Below, piece after piece: positions 51,491-63,649 of a stretch of DNA of 64,000 nt. The position numbers were made by a program, and so were the translations under genes. Location of the stretch: positions 19,388,678-19,452,677 of the forward strand of contig NC_068984.1 of NCBI RefSeq assembly GCF_001194135.2, given 5' to 3'. Below the pieces are notes generated by a model that saw only the letters and a list, made by a program, of their open reading frames with translations, did no database searches and was not told the DNA's origin. The first letter of the stretch is position 1, and each line of letters starts with the position of its first letter. The stretch is from Octopus bimaculoides. Lineage: Eukaryota.

Positions 51491-53979
51491 TGAAATGTTC
51501 CTGTTCTATCACAAATGATGGTACTTTTATCACTTTAGTGGGAAGTATGAAAGAAAATACCCACTTATCACAATAGAGACCCTATGAAAGAGTTGGACGG
51601 AATGTTTTATTCATAAATATATAAGATATTATCACATTCTTATAGGTTTACTTTTAATAAGTATTTGATAAAAGGTTTTAAAGAAATCATATATCTGGAA
51701 TGATTAGCAAAAGTTGATTATAAAAAATACTGAGTTATAATAATGATTTCTAATATACGTAGATGACCACAAATTTAAGCAAAGAAACAATGAATTAAGA
51801 TATTGAGGTATAACTAAATAAACGAAAATGGCAAATATTTCATAAGGTTTTGTAACACAAAATGAAACATAAATCTGACAATATTACAAGTAACTTACAA
51901 TATATACGAGACAATACTATCCAATGGGTCCTTCATATTTAAAAATGGAAAGGAGTGTGTTGAGGGGGATATAGTTGTTATTTCTAGCATGTTGAGCAAT
52001 CATGTACAGACTCCCTCAATAGCTCAAATGTAATGTGTGTCTCTGTTTGTGCAACTGACATGCAAAGAGAGGCATCTATCTGTCAATACATACACTGCAC
52101 AAATATGCAGTTTCAAGATAATATGGGAATGTGTAACTAAGAAAGGCAGAATTTATGTGGAATACCATTTACTAGATATCAAGTTGACAACTCAGAAGAT
52201 AAACTCACCATAAAAAGGTGAGGTATGATTGTTTAATGCAACATATAAGTAATATCAAGTAAATTAATATGTCAGCAGGGCATCAGTGAAAAGGTATCAT
52301 CATTTTGTATTATAAAATCTTATAGAATCCAATATCCCACATGTTAAGAAATCATTGTTTCTGAAAATCTTGCTTTAATACAGAGCTTCGTAACACAAAA
52401 CCCATTTTCCTATAGACTTCCATATTACATGACAATGAACATGGAAGTCAAAGAAAAAGTATATTTTGTATTATGGAACTCCAAGGTAACGCATAATCGA
52501 GAAGCTATGATAGTAACTCAAAAGGCCAGGATTTCATGCAAATAAACCTGCGAAACTGATAAGCTTGACAAGTGCATTCTTAAGAAACTGTTGGCTTGTG
52601 TATATGTCAAAAAGGTGTCTGATAAATTGGTGTGGTGAACAATAGTGCCTTGTAGCTCTTTATTCTAAGATGGACTTAACTATTCTCATAAACAGGGATC
52701 AATGCAACAATTACCACAGAATGTGCTAAGATTGATATATTCCTTAAAGGTAGTGCTTCAATAAGGCTGTGGTCCAATGAAACAATACTAGTAAGAAGTA
52801 AAAGAATATCTTGATTCACATAGTAAATCACAAAGATTAAGGAATACTTGTAAAACTGTGCCTTGTTGAAGCCAAAAAAAGAAGTTCCACTTTTCATTTT
52901 TATACAATGTGAATTGTTTTAGGGAAACAACGACAATTTTGAAGCCTTACAAGGGTTATCTCTCCATCATTTAGACTTTTAGCATTTAAAACCCAGCCAT
53001 ATCCGACCCAAATATTCTTCCTGTTTTATGTTCAAACAAGCCAGATCTGGCCTCTTACACCTACCCTACAATGTCGTTCCTAAAGTAAGGAGTCACATCA
53101 TTGAAATTTGCATTGCATTTGATGGAGTAATCTGAATGCTAAAAGGTTTACACTTGTTCTTCTTATCTCTAAATAATTTCTACTGAAGATCACTAATAAC
53201 CATTTCAATAATTGTGTGAAAACTATGCTATGGATAATATTATGCACCCAAACACACACATTAACATATGTGTGCTTATGTAAAGCCTTCTGTATAATGG
53301 TTTAGTCAGAGACAGAAGTGCAACAGTGCAGTGCTCAATGCCATTTATCAAGGCCTCTGGGACTTGTAGAAGGAATGAAAAAAGTTATTTACTGACTGGA
53401 ATTTTGGTCAACATGCTGGCAATAGAGTGGATTCTTTTGAAGTCAGTCAAAAGCAAGGTGATGTTATCAGATCAAATCAATGATTAAGTTTATCACCCAT
53501 GACTATGCACATGTATACACACAACACATGTATAGCTGTATGCATGTGCAAACAAGATTCTGATTCATGTTTGAGATTGTCCATTTAAAGGACAAAACCA
53601 TACTCAATTCAAAGTGAGATCAAAGAATCAACGTAAGAACTTAATAGTTAGGCATCAATTAAACCACAACTAAACCAAGTGAAAGATTCAGCCATTATGC
53701 CATTAAATAGATTTTGTTAAAGACAGATTGTAAAGAAAGGGTGTTTAAGAAAGCTCTAGAAAAACAGTCTTTGGTTTAAGAAAACTAAATTATCATACCT
53801 TTGTTATTGCAATAGTACATGTTAGCCTAATTTTTAAAATTATAGATTAAAGTTGGTAATCCAGGATGATCCAACTTAAAAGTTTTTTTTAGATTCAGAT
53901 GAAGGAGTAAATCTAAGCTGTTTCAAAATTTGCAATGGTGAGCTGGCAGAATCGTCGTCGTTGTTGTTGTTGTTGTTGG

Positions 53980-54019
<40 letters not shown>

Positions 54020-54035
54020 ATTATTATTATTATTA

Positions 54036-54252
54036 TAAGGTGGTGAGCTGGCAGAAACATTAGCATGCCGGGCAAAATGCTTAACGGAATTTTGTCTGTC
54101 TTTATATTCTGAGTTCAAATTCCGCCGAGGTTAACTTTGCCTATCATCCTTTTGGGGGTTCGATAGATTAAGTACCAGTTGCATACTGGGGTCGATCTAA
54201 TCAACTAGCCCCCTCCGCCAAAATTTCAGGCCTCGTGCCTAGTACAGAAAAG

Positions 54253-54288
<36 letters not shown>

Positions 54289-54720
54289 AAGGTGGCAAAC
54301 TGACAGAACCATTATACACCAAGCAAAATACTTAATGGCATTTCATCTGTCCTTACATTCTGAGTTTAAATTCCATCAAGGTCGACCTTGCCTTTCATCC
54401 TCTCGGGGTCAATAGAATAAGTACCAGTGGAGCACAGAGCTCAATGTAATCAACTACCCCCGTCCCACAAACTTCAAGCCTTGTACCTATAGTAGAAAAG
54501 ATTATTGACTGGCAAGCTGACAGAATTGTTAGTGCGCTGGGTAAAATGCTAAGCAGCATTTCGTTTGTCTCTGCATTGTGAGTTCAAATTCAGAAAGTTC
54601 CACTTTGCCTTTCATCCTTTTGGGGTTGATAATATAAGTACCAGTTGAGTACTGAGGTCAATGTAATCAACTTATCCCCTCCCCCAAACTTGCTAGCCTT
54701 GTGCCAAATTTTGAAACCAT
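54036..54720 (+). mobile_element. Three head-to-tail family D SINEs (54036-54252, 54288-54500, 54511-54720); a fourth at ~55038-55240
   Basis: Repeated heads taaggtgg.gagctg.cagaa and tails ending in (ATT)n. Confidence 0.85.
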
Positions 54721-54752
54721 TATTATTATTATTGTTGTTGTTGTTTTATTCA

Positions 54753-55005
54753 TATACACTCAACAGATTAAACTGTTGGAAAAGAAAAGAATACTAACAT
54801 CGGGCTACAACAAGTTGCCATAGATGTCAAGAACCCTCCTATTGGGTTACAGCAAGTAACCTTAGATGCCAAGAACCCTCCTAAGTATCCTAGCTGTCCC
54901 TAATAACACTGTTTTCTGGAGTGGTACAAATTAGGTTTTATGCCTATTTCCTCTATACATCTGTTTAGATCTTTAGGGATAATTCTCAATGCATTTATAA
55001 CTACT
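54753..55005 (-). mobile_element. 3'-terminal fragment of the same R4/Dong-like LINE
   Basis: Near-identical by eye to 61181-61395; flanked by (TTA)/(TTG) repeats. Confidence 0.8.
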
Positions 55006-55981
55006 GGGATTATTATTATTATTGTTGTTGTTGTTGTTAATAAAGCAAGCTGGCAGAATCATTACCGTGCCAAACAAAATGCTTGGCAGCATTTCATTGG
55101 TCTTTATGTTCTGAGTTAAAATCCCACTGAAGTTGAATTTGCCTTTCACCCTTTCAGAGTGGATGAAAAAAGTGGCAGTTGAGCACTGTAATTAGCTATC
55201 CCCTCCCAACAAAATTTCAGGTCTCGTGCATTTAGCAGAAAGGAACAGTGAACAGGTCGTGGTCTCAAAGTGACGAAAATATTTTGGCAAATTAAATTTA
55301 AATGTTGAAGTGAATCTAACGGTTTTTGTGTGTTTCTTAAATGGCTTATAAACACCTTCCACGCTGCAATTGTTTTTGTTCCAGCACACAATCTCAGATC
55401 AGGTCGCTTGCTATGCAAGTATATCTCCGTAATGATTATTATTATTATTATTATTAATGATTATTAATGACAATTATTTATCAATAATTTCTTACATGGT
55501 CTCAAGGCTAACAAACATATCGAGAGGACACAACTGATTAAATCAATCACAGTATATAACTAGTATATATTATATCGGTCCTGAAAGGATGAACATCAAA
55601 GTTACCATAATAATCTTTTTTACTATAGTCACAAGGCCTGAAATTTAGGGGAAGGGGGCGGGCAGTCAATTAGATTGACTCCAGTACACAACTGGTACTT
55701 TATTTATCAACTCCAAAAGGATGAAAGGCAAAGTTGACCTTGGCAGAATTTGAACTCATTTTGCACTTATTTTGCAGGAGAATATAGATAATGAGATTAA
55801 CTACAATATATGACTGGTGTATATTCTATCAACCCTGAAGGCATGAAAGGCAAAGCTGACTTTAGCAGGATATCAACTTGATGTTAAATTTCAAGGAGTA
55901 TAAAGGGACATAACCAAACAAACATTTAAACAATAATAAATGACTCTATATATGCACATATATATACATATAGATATGCAC

Positions 55982-56047
<66 letters not shown>

Positions 56048-56336
56048 TAGAAAAAAATTAGGATACAAAATATATTGATTTGAACAGATGTGAAAAGGTA
56101 CAGATAAATTTCCAAATGTATCAATGTTCAAACTGAAACTAATTTTTGTTATTGAAAGAATACTGTTCTTGAAGTTGAAGCAATATAAAGTTCTTTAATA
56201 CTGATTAAGTTTTCTTGTCAAGTGTTTGTTTTAATTGCTGCATTATATTTTATGCTCTAACATTATAATATAGTATTCTATTAGTTATTATGCTATAATA
56301 TTTTATTATAGTATAATGTAATATTATAATATAGCT

Positions 56337-58193
56337 TTACTTCAGTATTTCTTCTTTAAGTGTTTGTTTCATTTTTTCAGCAATTCTTTTAAGTTGGCGA
56401 GATTTTCTAGTCACTTTCTCAATAGCCTCATCAAGGTGGTACCTGTCCATTACAAGAGATCGTTGATCACGTCTTCGAGAAGAAAATTCATGCTGATGTC
56501 TTGGGTGACGAGCTGCAAGGTCTAAATCATCATAAGAATGCCTGGATGACCTTCTGGATTGTCTTTGAGGAAAGCCATGTGGTGTATCTGAAACCTGTTC
56601 GTTTTGGTTTGGTAGGAACTGATGTGGGGAGGAATTTGCAGAGGAAACATAAGGATTGGCGATATAAGGTGGTGGATTTGTAGGTAGTACTGGGTTCTGA
56701 GACTGAGTGGAATTTTGGGAAATGAATTGTGGTAAATTGTTTGAAAAGCCAGAATCAGTCACTGGTTCAGAAGCAACATTTCTATTAAGGGGGACTGTTG
56801 GACGGTGCATGGTTGAAAATCCCAAAGCGGTACCATTCTGCTGCTGCTGCTGATTAGAATGGAATCTTCGTAAATGTGGCTCAGGAAGTTGGTAGCTGCG
56901 CAGTCTTTCAATACGTTGACTGATATTGTTTAAATCTTGTTGAGTAACCTTCTTTCTTGAAAATACTGGCCTTGAATTTTGTGTTACAGAATTGAAAGAC
57001 GTTTGTGGTCTTTGAGGAATCAAATACATTGGTTTAGGTGGCACAAAATTAGTGTTATTTCTATACTGTGGCGAGACAAAATTTGAATTACTTTGATTAC
57101 CATTTGCTTCAGAAGTCTCCGATGAGTTGCCAGGATGCTGTGCAGTGTTATTCAATTGAATCAGTTGAGGAGATGAAACTTCATCATTCTGTTTTGATTC
57201 TGGTGATAAAAGACTGTTATTTGATACAAATTTCACATCATTCAGAATATCTTTAAGTTTTTCATGTCTAACAAAACTGACAGAGTTATCCTCACTAAAA
57301 GAAGTTTGAGTTCCTTGGTCGGTATATGTTTGGGTACTTGCATCACAAGTAAAATCTGATTGCTTAATAACACGGACATCTTTAAGGATTTCCTTGAGCA
57401 TGGTACCATTTAGAGTTGAAGAAGGAGAATAAACACTGTCAGACATTGTTGAGTTTTGGTCGATTCCTTTGTCTGTCTTTAGGCTTTTTACTTCAAACAG
57501 TATGTTTCTTAACAGATCGCTTTTTGAGCCACTCAAAGATTTTGTTTGTGCCGAAATAGAATGTAAGGAAGTATTAGAGGTTTGCATTGCTCTGCTACGT
57601 AACAGTCTTGTTTGGGTTTGGACATCATTAATGGGTAGACTACTGTTTAAAGAACTAAAGGAGTGAGCAAAAGACTCGTTAATTCCGAAATTTTTTGGAG
57701 TCTGTGTTCTAGCATTGCAATGAGTCTGAGAGCTGGTACTCCTCATCCAGCCATCAGTAGATTCATTGATATGATTACTCATAAATGAGATACTGTCATC
57801 AGAATGGCTACTGTACAAAGTTCTGGTGGAATGAAAACCTTCGAAATCAGCATCATTATCTAGAGTAACATCAAAACTAGATGCCTGCATGGTGTTTGTT
57901 TCCCCATACCCAGACTCCTCACTTTCGGATTCAAGCAGCACATTTCTACACTTTAAAGATGAATGTGGGCTGAATGTATCTAAACCATACCTCCGTTTTG
58001 AGTGTTCGCTATCTCTTGATGAAGATGGTCTTTGCTGGTAATCAGTGAAGGAAGCACCATTCGCAGAGGGAAATTTTGATGCAAATGGATCAGTATCAGA
58101 ATCGTCTTCTGAGTCGGAGGTGAGCCGAGCCCTTCTACCAGGATAGCGGGCAGATGGTTCTGAAGTTTGAGTGGAGTCACACCGCTTGGTTGG
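56337..58193 (-). CDS. Large terminal exon, 618 aa, Ser/Thr/Gln/Asn-rich disordered segment with C-terminal coiled coil; gene identity unknown
   Basis: ORF 56337-57941 extends upstream without stops to acceptor ctaccctccacag|CCA (phase 0); ends ...LKEEILK*. 1857 nt open in AT-rich DNA. Confidence 0.88.
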   Translation of the reverse strand, partial: PTKRCDSTQTSEPSARYPGRRARLTSDSEDDSDTDPFASKFPSANGASFTDYQQRPSSSRDSEHSKRRYGLDTFSPHSSLKCRNVLLESESEESGYGETNTMQASSFDVTLDNDADFEGFHSTRTLYSSHSDDSISFMSNHINESTDGWMRSTSSQTHCNARTQTPKNFGINESFAHSFSSLNSSLPINDVQTQTRLLRSRAMQTSNTSLHSISAQTKSLSGSKSDLLRNILFEVKSLKTDKGIDQNSTMSDSVYSPSSTLNGTMLKEILKDVRVIKQSDFTCDASTQTYTDQGTQTSFSEDNSVSFVRHEKLKDILNDVKFVSNNSLLSPESKQNDEVSSPQLIQLNNTAQHPGNSSETSEANGNQSNSNFVSPQYRNNTNFVPPKPMYLIPQRPQTSFNSVTQNSRPVFSRKKVTQQDLNNISQRIERLRSYQLPEPHLRRFHSNQQQQQNGTALGFSTMHRPTVPLNRNVASEPVTDSGFSNNLPQFISQNSTQSQNPVLPTNPPPYIANPYVSSANSSPHQFLPNQNEQVSDTPHGFPQRQSRRSSRHSYDDLDLAARHPRHQHEFSSRRRDQRSLVMDRYHLDEAIEKVTRKSRQLKRIAEKMKQTLKEEILK

Positions 58194-60993
58194 CTGTGGA
58201 GGGTAGATAGAGTGATGAAGTAATAACCATTGGACTCTGAATTTTACTTACTCTATATACAGGACAGAACATGAATCTACTGATATCAACTCAGCTGTGA
58301 CTATTTCATAACAATAACACTAACTCAGGTTTTAGACTGCATCACATAATTATGAAGATTTAAAATACATTTGGTGAATATAGTTTAAATATTCTTACAG
58401 TGTGAAATTTAGAAATAAAAAAAAAATGTCATTTTAACTATCAGTCTTATCATGAAGGTTAGTTTTTATTTTGGCTGAAAAAAAAATTTTGAAATCTGTT
58501 GTTTAAAGAAAATTATTAGTTTAAATATATAATTGGAGTCAGACAACATTTAGCACCTCTACTAAAAATTAGAAAATTATACAAATTTTATTCCTGCTTT
58601 CACTTCTACCAACATCTTATTTACCATTATTCTCTTTACATCATCATCACCACCATTATCATCATCATCACCATATATAATCTTCCTGCTTACCCCCAAC
58701 AAACCCCATTTTCAACAGTAAATGAACTGTTGAACAAAACTGCGTTAAGGTAGCTGCTGCACCACAAACCCCACCACCACCACCTCATTACAAGCATCGT
58801 TACAATTGTCATTATTATCAAAATTAGCATAATTATCAAAAAGAGGAGCGAGGAATATTGAAAAACAACATAATGACAAGAATCATCATCATTATCATGA
58901 ACAAAACCATTACAACCATTATCATCTTCAACTCTCATAGTTATGTACTGGGGCACAATGCAGTCCTCTGACACTGAATTCTACTGAATCATCTAAGCTA
59001 TGTTAGCATAGAAGACAGATATTAAATGATGATGATGATATCTATATCTATATACATACATATATATACAAACACACATACATATCTCTGTGTGTCTGTC
59101 TATCGGTTGTTTATATTCCAACATTTTACCATGGCATTAATTTTCTGTCTAATTTTAAATCACGTTCACAATTTTTTTTGTTTTTTGTTTTTGCGTGCTG
59201 TTTTAATTACCATTTTCCCAATAGAGCTTCTTGATGAAGGCAACAGCCATTTCCTCTGTCCCTAGTTCACAATTATATTTCATCGAAACTGATAGGAACT
59301 GTATTTCTGTGTTCTATCTACTTTTCACAAGAGTTGCACTTCATTGATCAATAATTAAAATATTAAATCTAGTTTATAGTAGTTACCAACTCAATAAATT
59401 GCTAGAATACTGAGCAAAGAGACAATAGTTCAAATTCTCTTATCAGCACAATACTCAATGCTTCAAAAAAATAAATAAAAATATCCAAACAGGTACCAAA
59501 TTTGTTAACTTGCACAGTTCAGCTAGAATTCACAGATAATCTACACTTATTTTGTCTGCTACTACAACAACGGTATCTGCTATTGAGGAGTTACAAACTT
59601 TATACCACCCAATGAGTATACTTCTGTTTCTTTTATCAGCCCTACAGGTCCTGCAGTAACCATTTTACCATAACTTGCCTGGTTGTTAGTAGAGTCTCAT
59701 GGCAACAGATCAAAGAGTGCCATTGTAATGTGAAAGGCCAGAGATCTAGCAGACTACAAAGTGCACAATGACTCACAAAGATAACAGGTAATTTCTTCAG
59801 AGTGTTTAAAGAAGTTCTGCTTTTATTGCCAATATAGATGCAATATTTACTTGGCATTTGTTTTTTAATGATCTGGTCTAGAGGAAAGAGCAATCAATGC
59901 TTATAACCTTTACATGAGATGAGAGACAGATGAAGCTCAAAGTCAGAGAGTTCTCAAATTAAATATAGCCAAATGTTTTGATATGAAGGGCAACAACACT
60001 GCTTTCACTTAAGCTATGGAAGTTAAAAAACCAACAATGTGTGACACAGCAGAATAAATCACCAGAAGAAATAACTAGTGGTTACTGAGTGAAGAAGGAA
60101 GGTTGAAGATGGCAGTTATTTAACACCATTTCCAATGTTATTCAGGAAGAACACACTGTTATGTGTTTTGAAAAGTAGAACCATATTCCTGTAGAGAGTG
60201 AAAGACTGAAGCGTTTGGTGAGGATAAAAGCAATCATTGGAGCAATGTAGCAGAAACTGAATGTCAGACTATTAACTCAATGGTTCCAAACGTTTCACAA
60301 AAGAATTAACCATATTAATTGTTACTGAAACACAATGATTTAGATTATGGTTCTAGACCATTGATCATAAAATTAATGTATTATAAAGTTTTCATTTTAA
60401 TAGGTGATTTTTGCTGCTGAAACATAGAATACACAATTGGCATCAGTTACAAGCTGTCAGGATATCATATCTGTCAAAAACACCATGTTTCCCACAATCC
60501 ACTAACACTAATTCTCTTGACCTATCTAGACACTCTTTTACTTTTTATGGCTTTTTCACAGACCACTTCTTTATCTTTCTTGTGTTTTGTTCTGTATGCA
60601 TTGCATGTATCTTTGGCTATCTAACCCATCTTTGTTTACTTATTTTACTATTGTTTTCTGTCTCCTCTTGTATCTTGTTCTAATGACTTTTTATACATCT
60701 GAGCACCATATACAATTAACTCCTTACTTAAACATTTCTACTAACATCACTTTAATTAAATATATTATTATTGTTATGATTATTGATATTATCATTATCT
60801 TTATTGTTATTTTGGTTTGGATCAGGTTCAGTCTTATTCCTGGTAGCAATTATGTGGATAATGGGTTACTATCTGTAACTTTAGGTATCCACAAGTTTTC
60901 AGCAGTCTTTCAAGTGTTTAAAACCCACCTATATTATTATTATTATTATCATCATTATTATTATTATTATTATCATTAATATTATTATTTTCA

Positions 60994-61108
60994 TATACAC
61001 ACAACAGATCAGACTGTTGGAAAAGAAAAAAACTTTAACACTGGGCTACAACAAGAAACCTTAGATGCCAAGAACCCTCCTAAGTATCCTAGCTGTCCCT
61101 AATAACAC

Positions 61109-61111
<3 letters not shown>
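60994..61111 (-). mobile_element. Short 3'-terminal fragment of the same R4/Dong-like LINE
   Basis: Shares tatacac..aacagat..actgttggaaaagaaaa...gatgccaagaaccctcctaagtatc with 61181-61300. Confidence 0.8.
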
Positions 61112-61162
<51 letters not shown>

Positions 61163-61180
61163 CATTATTATTATTATTAT

Positions 61181-62410
61181 TATACACTCAACAGATTAGA
61201 CTGTTGGAAAAGAAAAGAATCCTAACATCGGGCGATAACAAGTTAGTTGCCTTAGATGCCAAGAACCCTCCTAAGTATCTTAGCTGTCCTTAATAACACT
61301 GTTTTCTGGAGCTGTACTAAACTGGGTTTTATGCCTATTTCCTCTATCCATCTGTTCAGATCTTTAGGAATAGTTCCCAATGCACCTATAACTACCTATA
61401 ACATTTTACCCACACTTTCCATAGTGTGTCATTCAGCAGCTAGGTCCTGGTACTTTGCTATTTTTTCTATACCGCTCATATCAATTTTCTCATCATTTGT
61501 GAATGTAAAGTCAATTATCTGGCACTTTCTATTCTCTTTATCTACTACTATCAAATCAGGCCTTCTAGCTTCTATTACTCTGTCAGTCTGAATGTTAAAG
61601 TTCCACAACATCTTGTACTTCTTATATTCTAGTACTTCACTAGGTTCATGTTCTTACCATTTATCAGTATGTTCAAATCTTAGCTTTCTACATTGCTCCC
61701 AGTGAATTGCTCTCCCTATATTGTCATGTCTTTTCTTGTATTCTTTCTGTGCCAGCATGCTACATTCACTTACTGTATGAGTAACGCTTTCCTCTTTTGA
61801 TTTTCATAATCTACATTGGGAATCTACTTGGTTTTTGTCTATCTTGGCTTTTATCCTATTAGTCTTTAATGCTTGATCTTATGCAGCTACTAAGAAACTT
61901 TCTGTCTCCCTCTTAATGGGAATCTACTTGGTTTTTATCTATCTTGGCTTTTATCCAATTATCCTTAATGCTTGATCTTATGCAGCTACTAAGAAACTTT
62001 CTGTCTCCCTCTTCATTTTTTCCTTTCTGCAGCCATAACCATGTCTCACTACTACTATTTGCTGAAACTGNNNNNNNNNNNNNNNNNNNNNNNNNNNNNN
62101 NNNNNNNNNNNNNNNNNNNNNNNNNNNNNNNNNNNNNNNNNNNNNNNNNNNNNNNNNNNNNNNNNNNNNNNNNNNNNNNNNNNNNNNNNNNNNNNNNNNN
62201 NNNNNNNNNNNNNNNNNNNNNNNNNNNNNNNNNNNNNNNNNNNNNNNNNNNNNNNNNNNNNNNNNNNNNNNNNNNNNNNNNNNNNNNNNTTTTCCTTTCT
62301 GCAGCCATAACCATGTCTCACTACTACTATTTGCTGAAACTGTCTTTGGAAATCTACCATGCAATGCCTTCTGCCAGTCAGATAATTTCTGTTATTTTTT
62401 CTGATTTTTA
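61181..62410 (-). mobile_element. 5'-truncated R4/Dong-like LINE, second subfamily; spans an N gap
   Basis: LWNFNIQTDRVIEARRPDL...IIDF...EKIAKYQDL (PD-(D/E)xK nuclease) and HGRF...WLQKG...ETESFLVAA upstream; 3' end abuts (TAA)n. Confidence 0.85.
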
Positions 62411-63603
62411 AGTTCATTTGGTGTTTTGGTTTCCCTATGTCTTGCTGTGACTCTAGTAGCTTTTAATAAACTTCATATAAAGCTTATAATAATTTTTATT
62501 AAAAGCTTTATTAAAATTTTTTATTATTATTGATATTATTATAATTTTATCATTATCATTATTACTTTTCCAAGTCTATGTCATATCTTTTCTTTAGTTC
62601 TCAAATCATCCAAAGAACAAGGGTTTGGAAGTCTGAAATTGTTGGGTTTGAGAAGTAGAGAGACAATTTGAAAGACAGAAAATGCAATCAACATAATTCA
62701 TAGACGAAATTTTAACAAGAGTCAAACAATCCGCATTGTGACTCTCACTAAAGAACAAGTATAAAAACAAAAACAACAAAAAACTAGTCTGAAGAAATTG
62801 GTGGTGTTTTGTGTCAGCAAAAAAGTCATAAAGTTCATGAGTTTGGATGAGTTCATGCAGGAAGGGAAAAAGAAGAAAAAGAAGAAGAAGAAAGTTAGAT
62901 TTTCCTCTTAGATGAAGGATCAGAACATTAATATCACATTTCTCTTCTAACCATGATATACTAGCTTATGCAAAGTCACGAACTTCATTAGTTAAAGAAC
63001 AGACACTCATCTTAATTTGCATTCACATAGTCAACATAAAAAACGGTAAATGGGTGTAAAAATATGCAAAAAACAACAAAATATTGCTTAAACAATTTAC
63101 ATGAAAGTACTATACATTTACATTACTATCCAGTTTATCCATGTTAAGTTGAAAAGTTGATGTAAAATCATGAAAGGTTTGCACGATTTAAGCCATTGTG
63201 GGTATAAAAATGTCTATGATAAAACATTTTCAGAACACATGAAAATAATCATCTAAAAATCTTATCTTTATTTTGATTAATTTTGCAATTTATTGATTTT
63301 TTTTGTTTTTTATGTGATTTTCGTTTCATTCATCTTTCAATTAGACACATTAATTATTCAACAGAATATTCTGTTTACAATTTTGTTTTGTATCAGGTTT
63401 CAAAAGACCAATAATATTTGAATAATGCCAAATAATAGCTGAAGAACAAAACATAAAATAGGGAATAATGTAGAATAATATTTGAATAATATTGAAAGCT
63501 ATTTAAATATAATAGATATTATTTAAATGCCTTCTGAAGAAGCAGCAGAGAAAGAAAGGAAGAAAGAAAAAGGAAAGAGAGAGTATGTATGCATGTGTGT
63601 ATA

Positions 63604-63649
<46 letters not shown>

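Noticed and set aside
52440-52900. Possible RT relic (ACVYVKKVSDKLVW resembling FVDxxKAFDxV)
   Set aside because: Too decayed to assign boundaries or family by eye.
61815-62342. ~100-bp tandem duplication in the LINE and a ~50-bp repeat on both sides of the N gap
   Set aside because: Adjacent to a scaffold gap; most likely contig-overlap artifacts.
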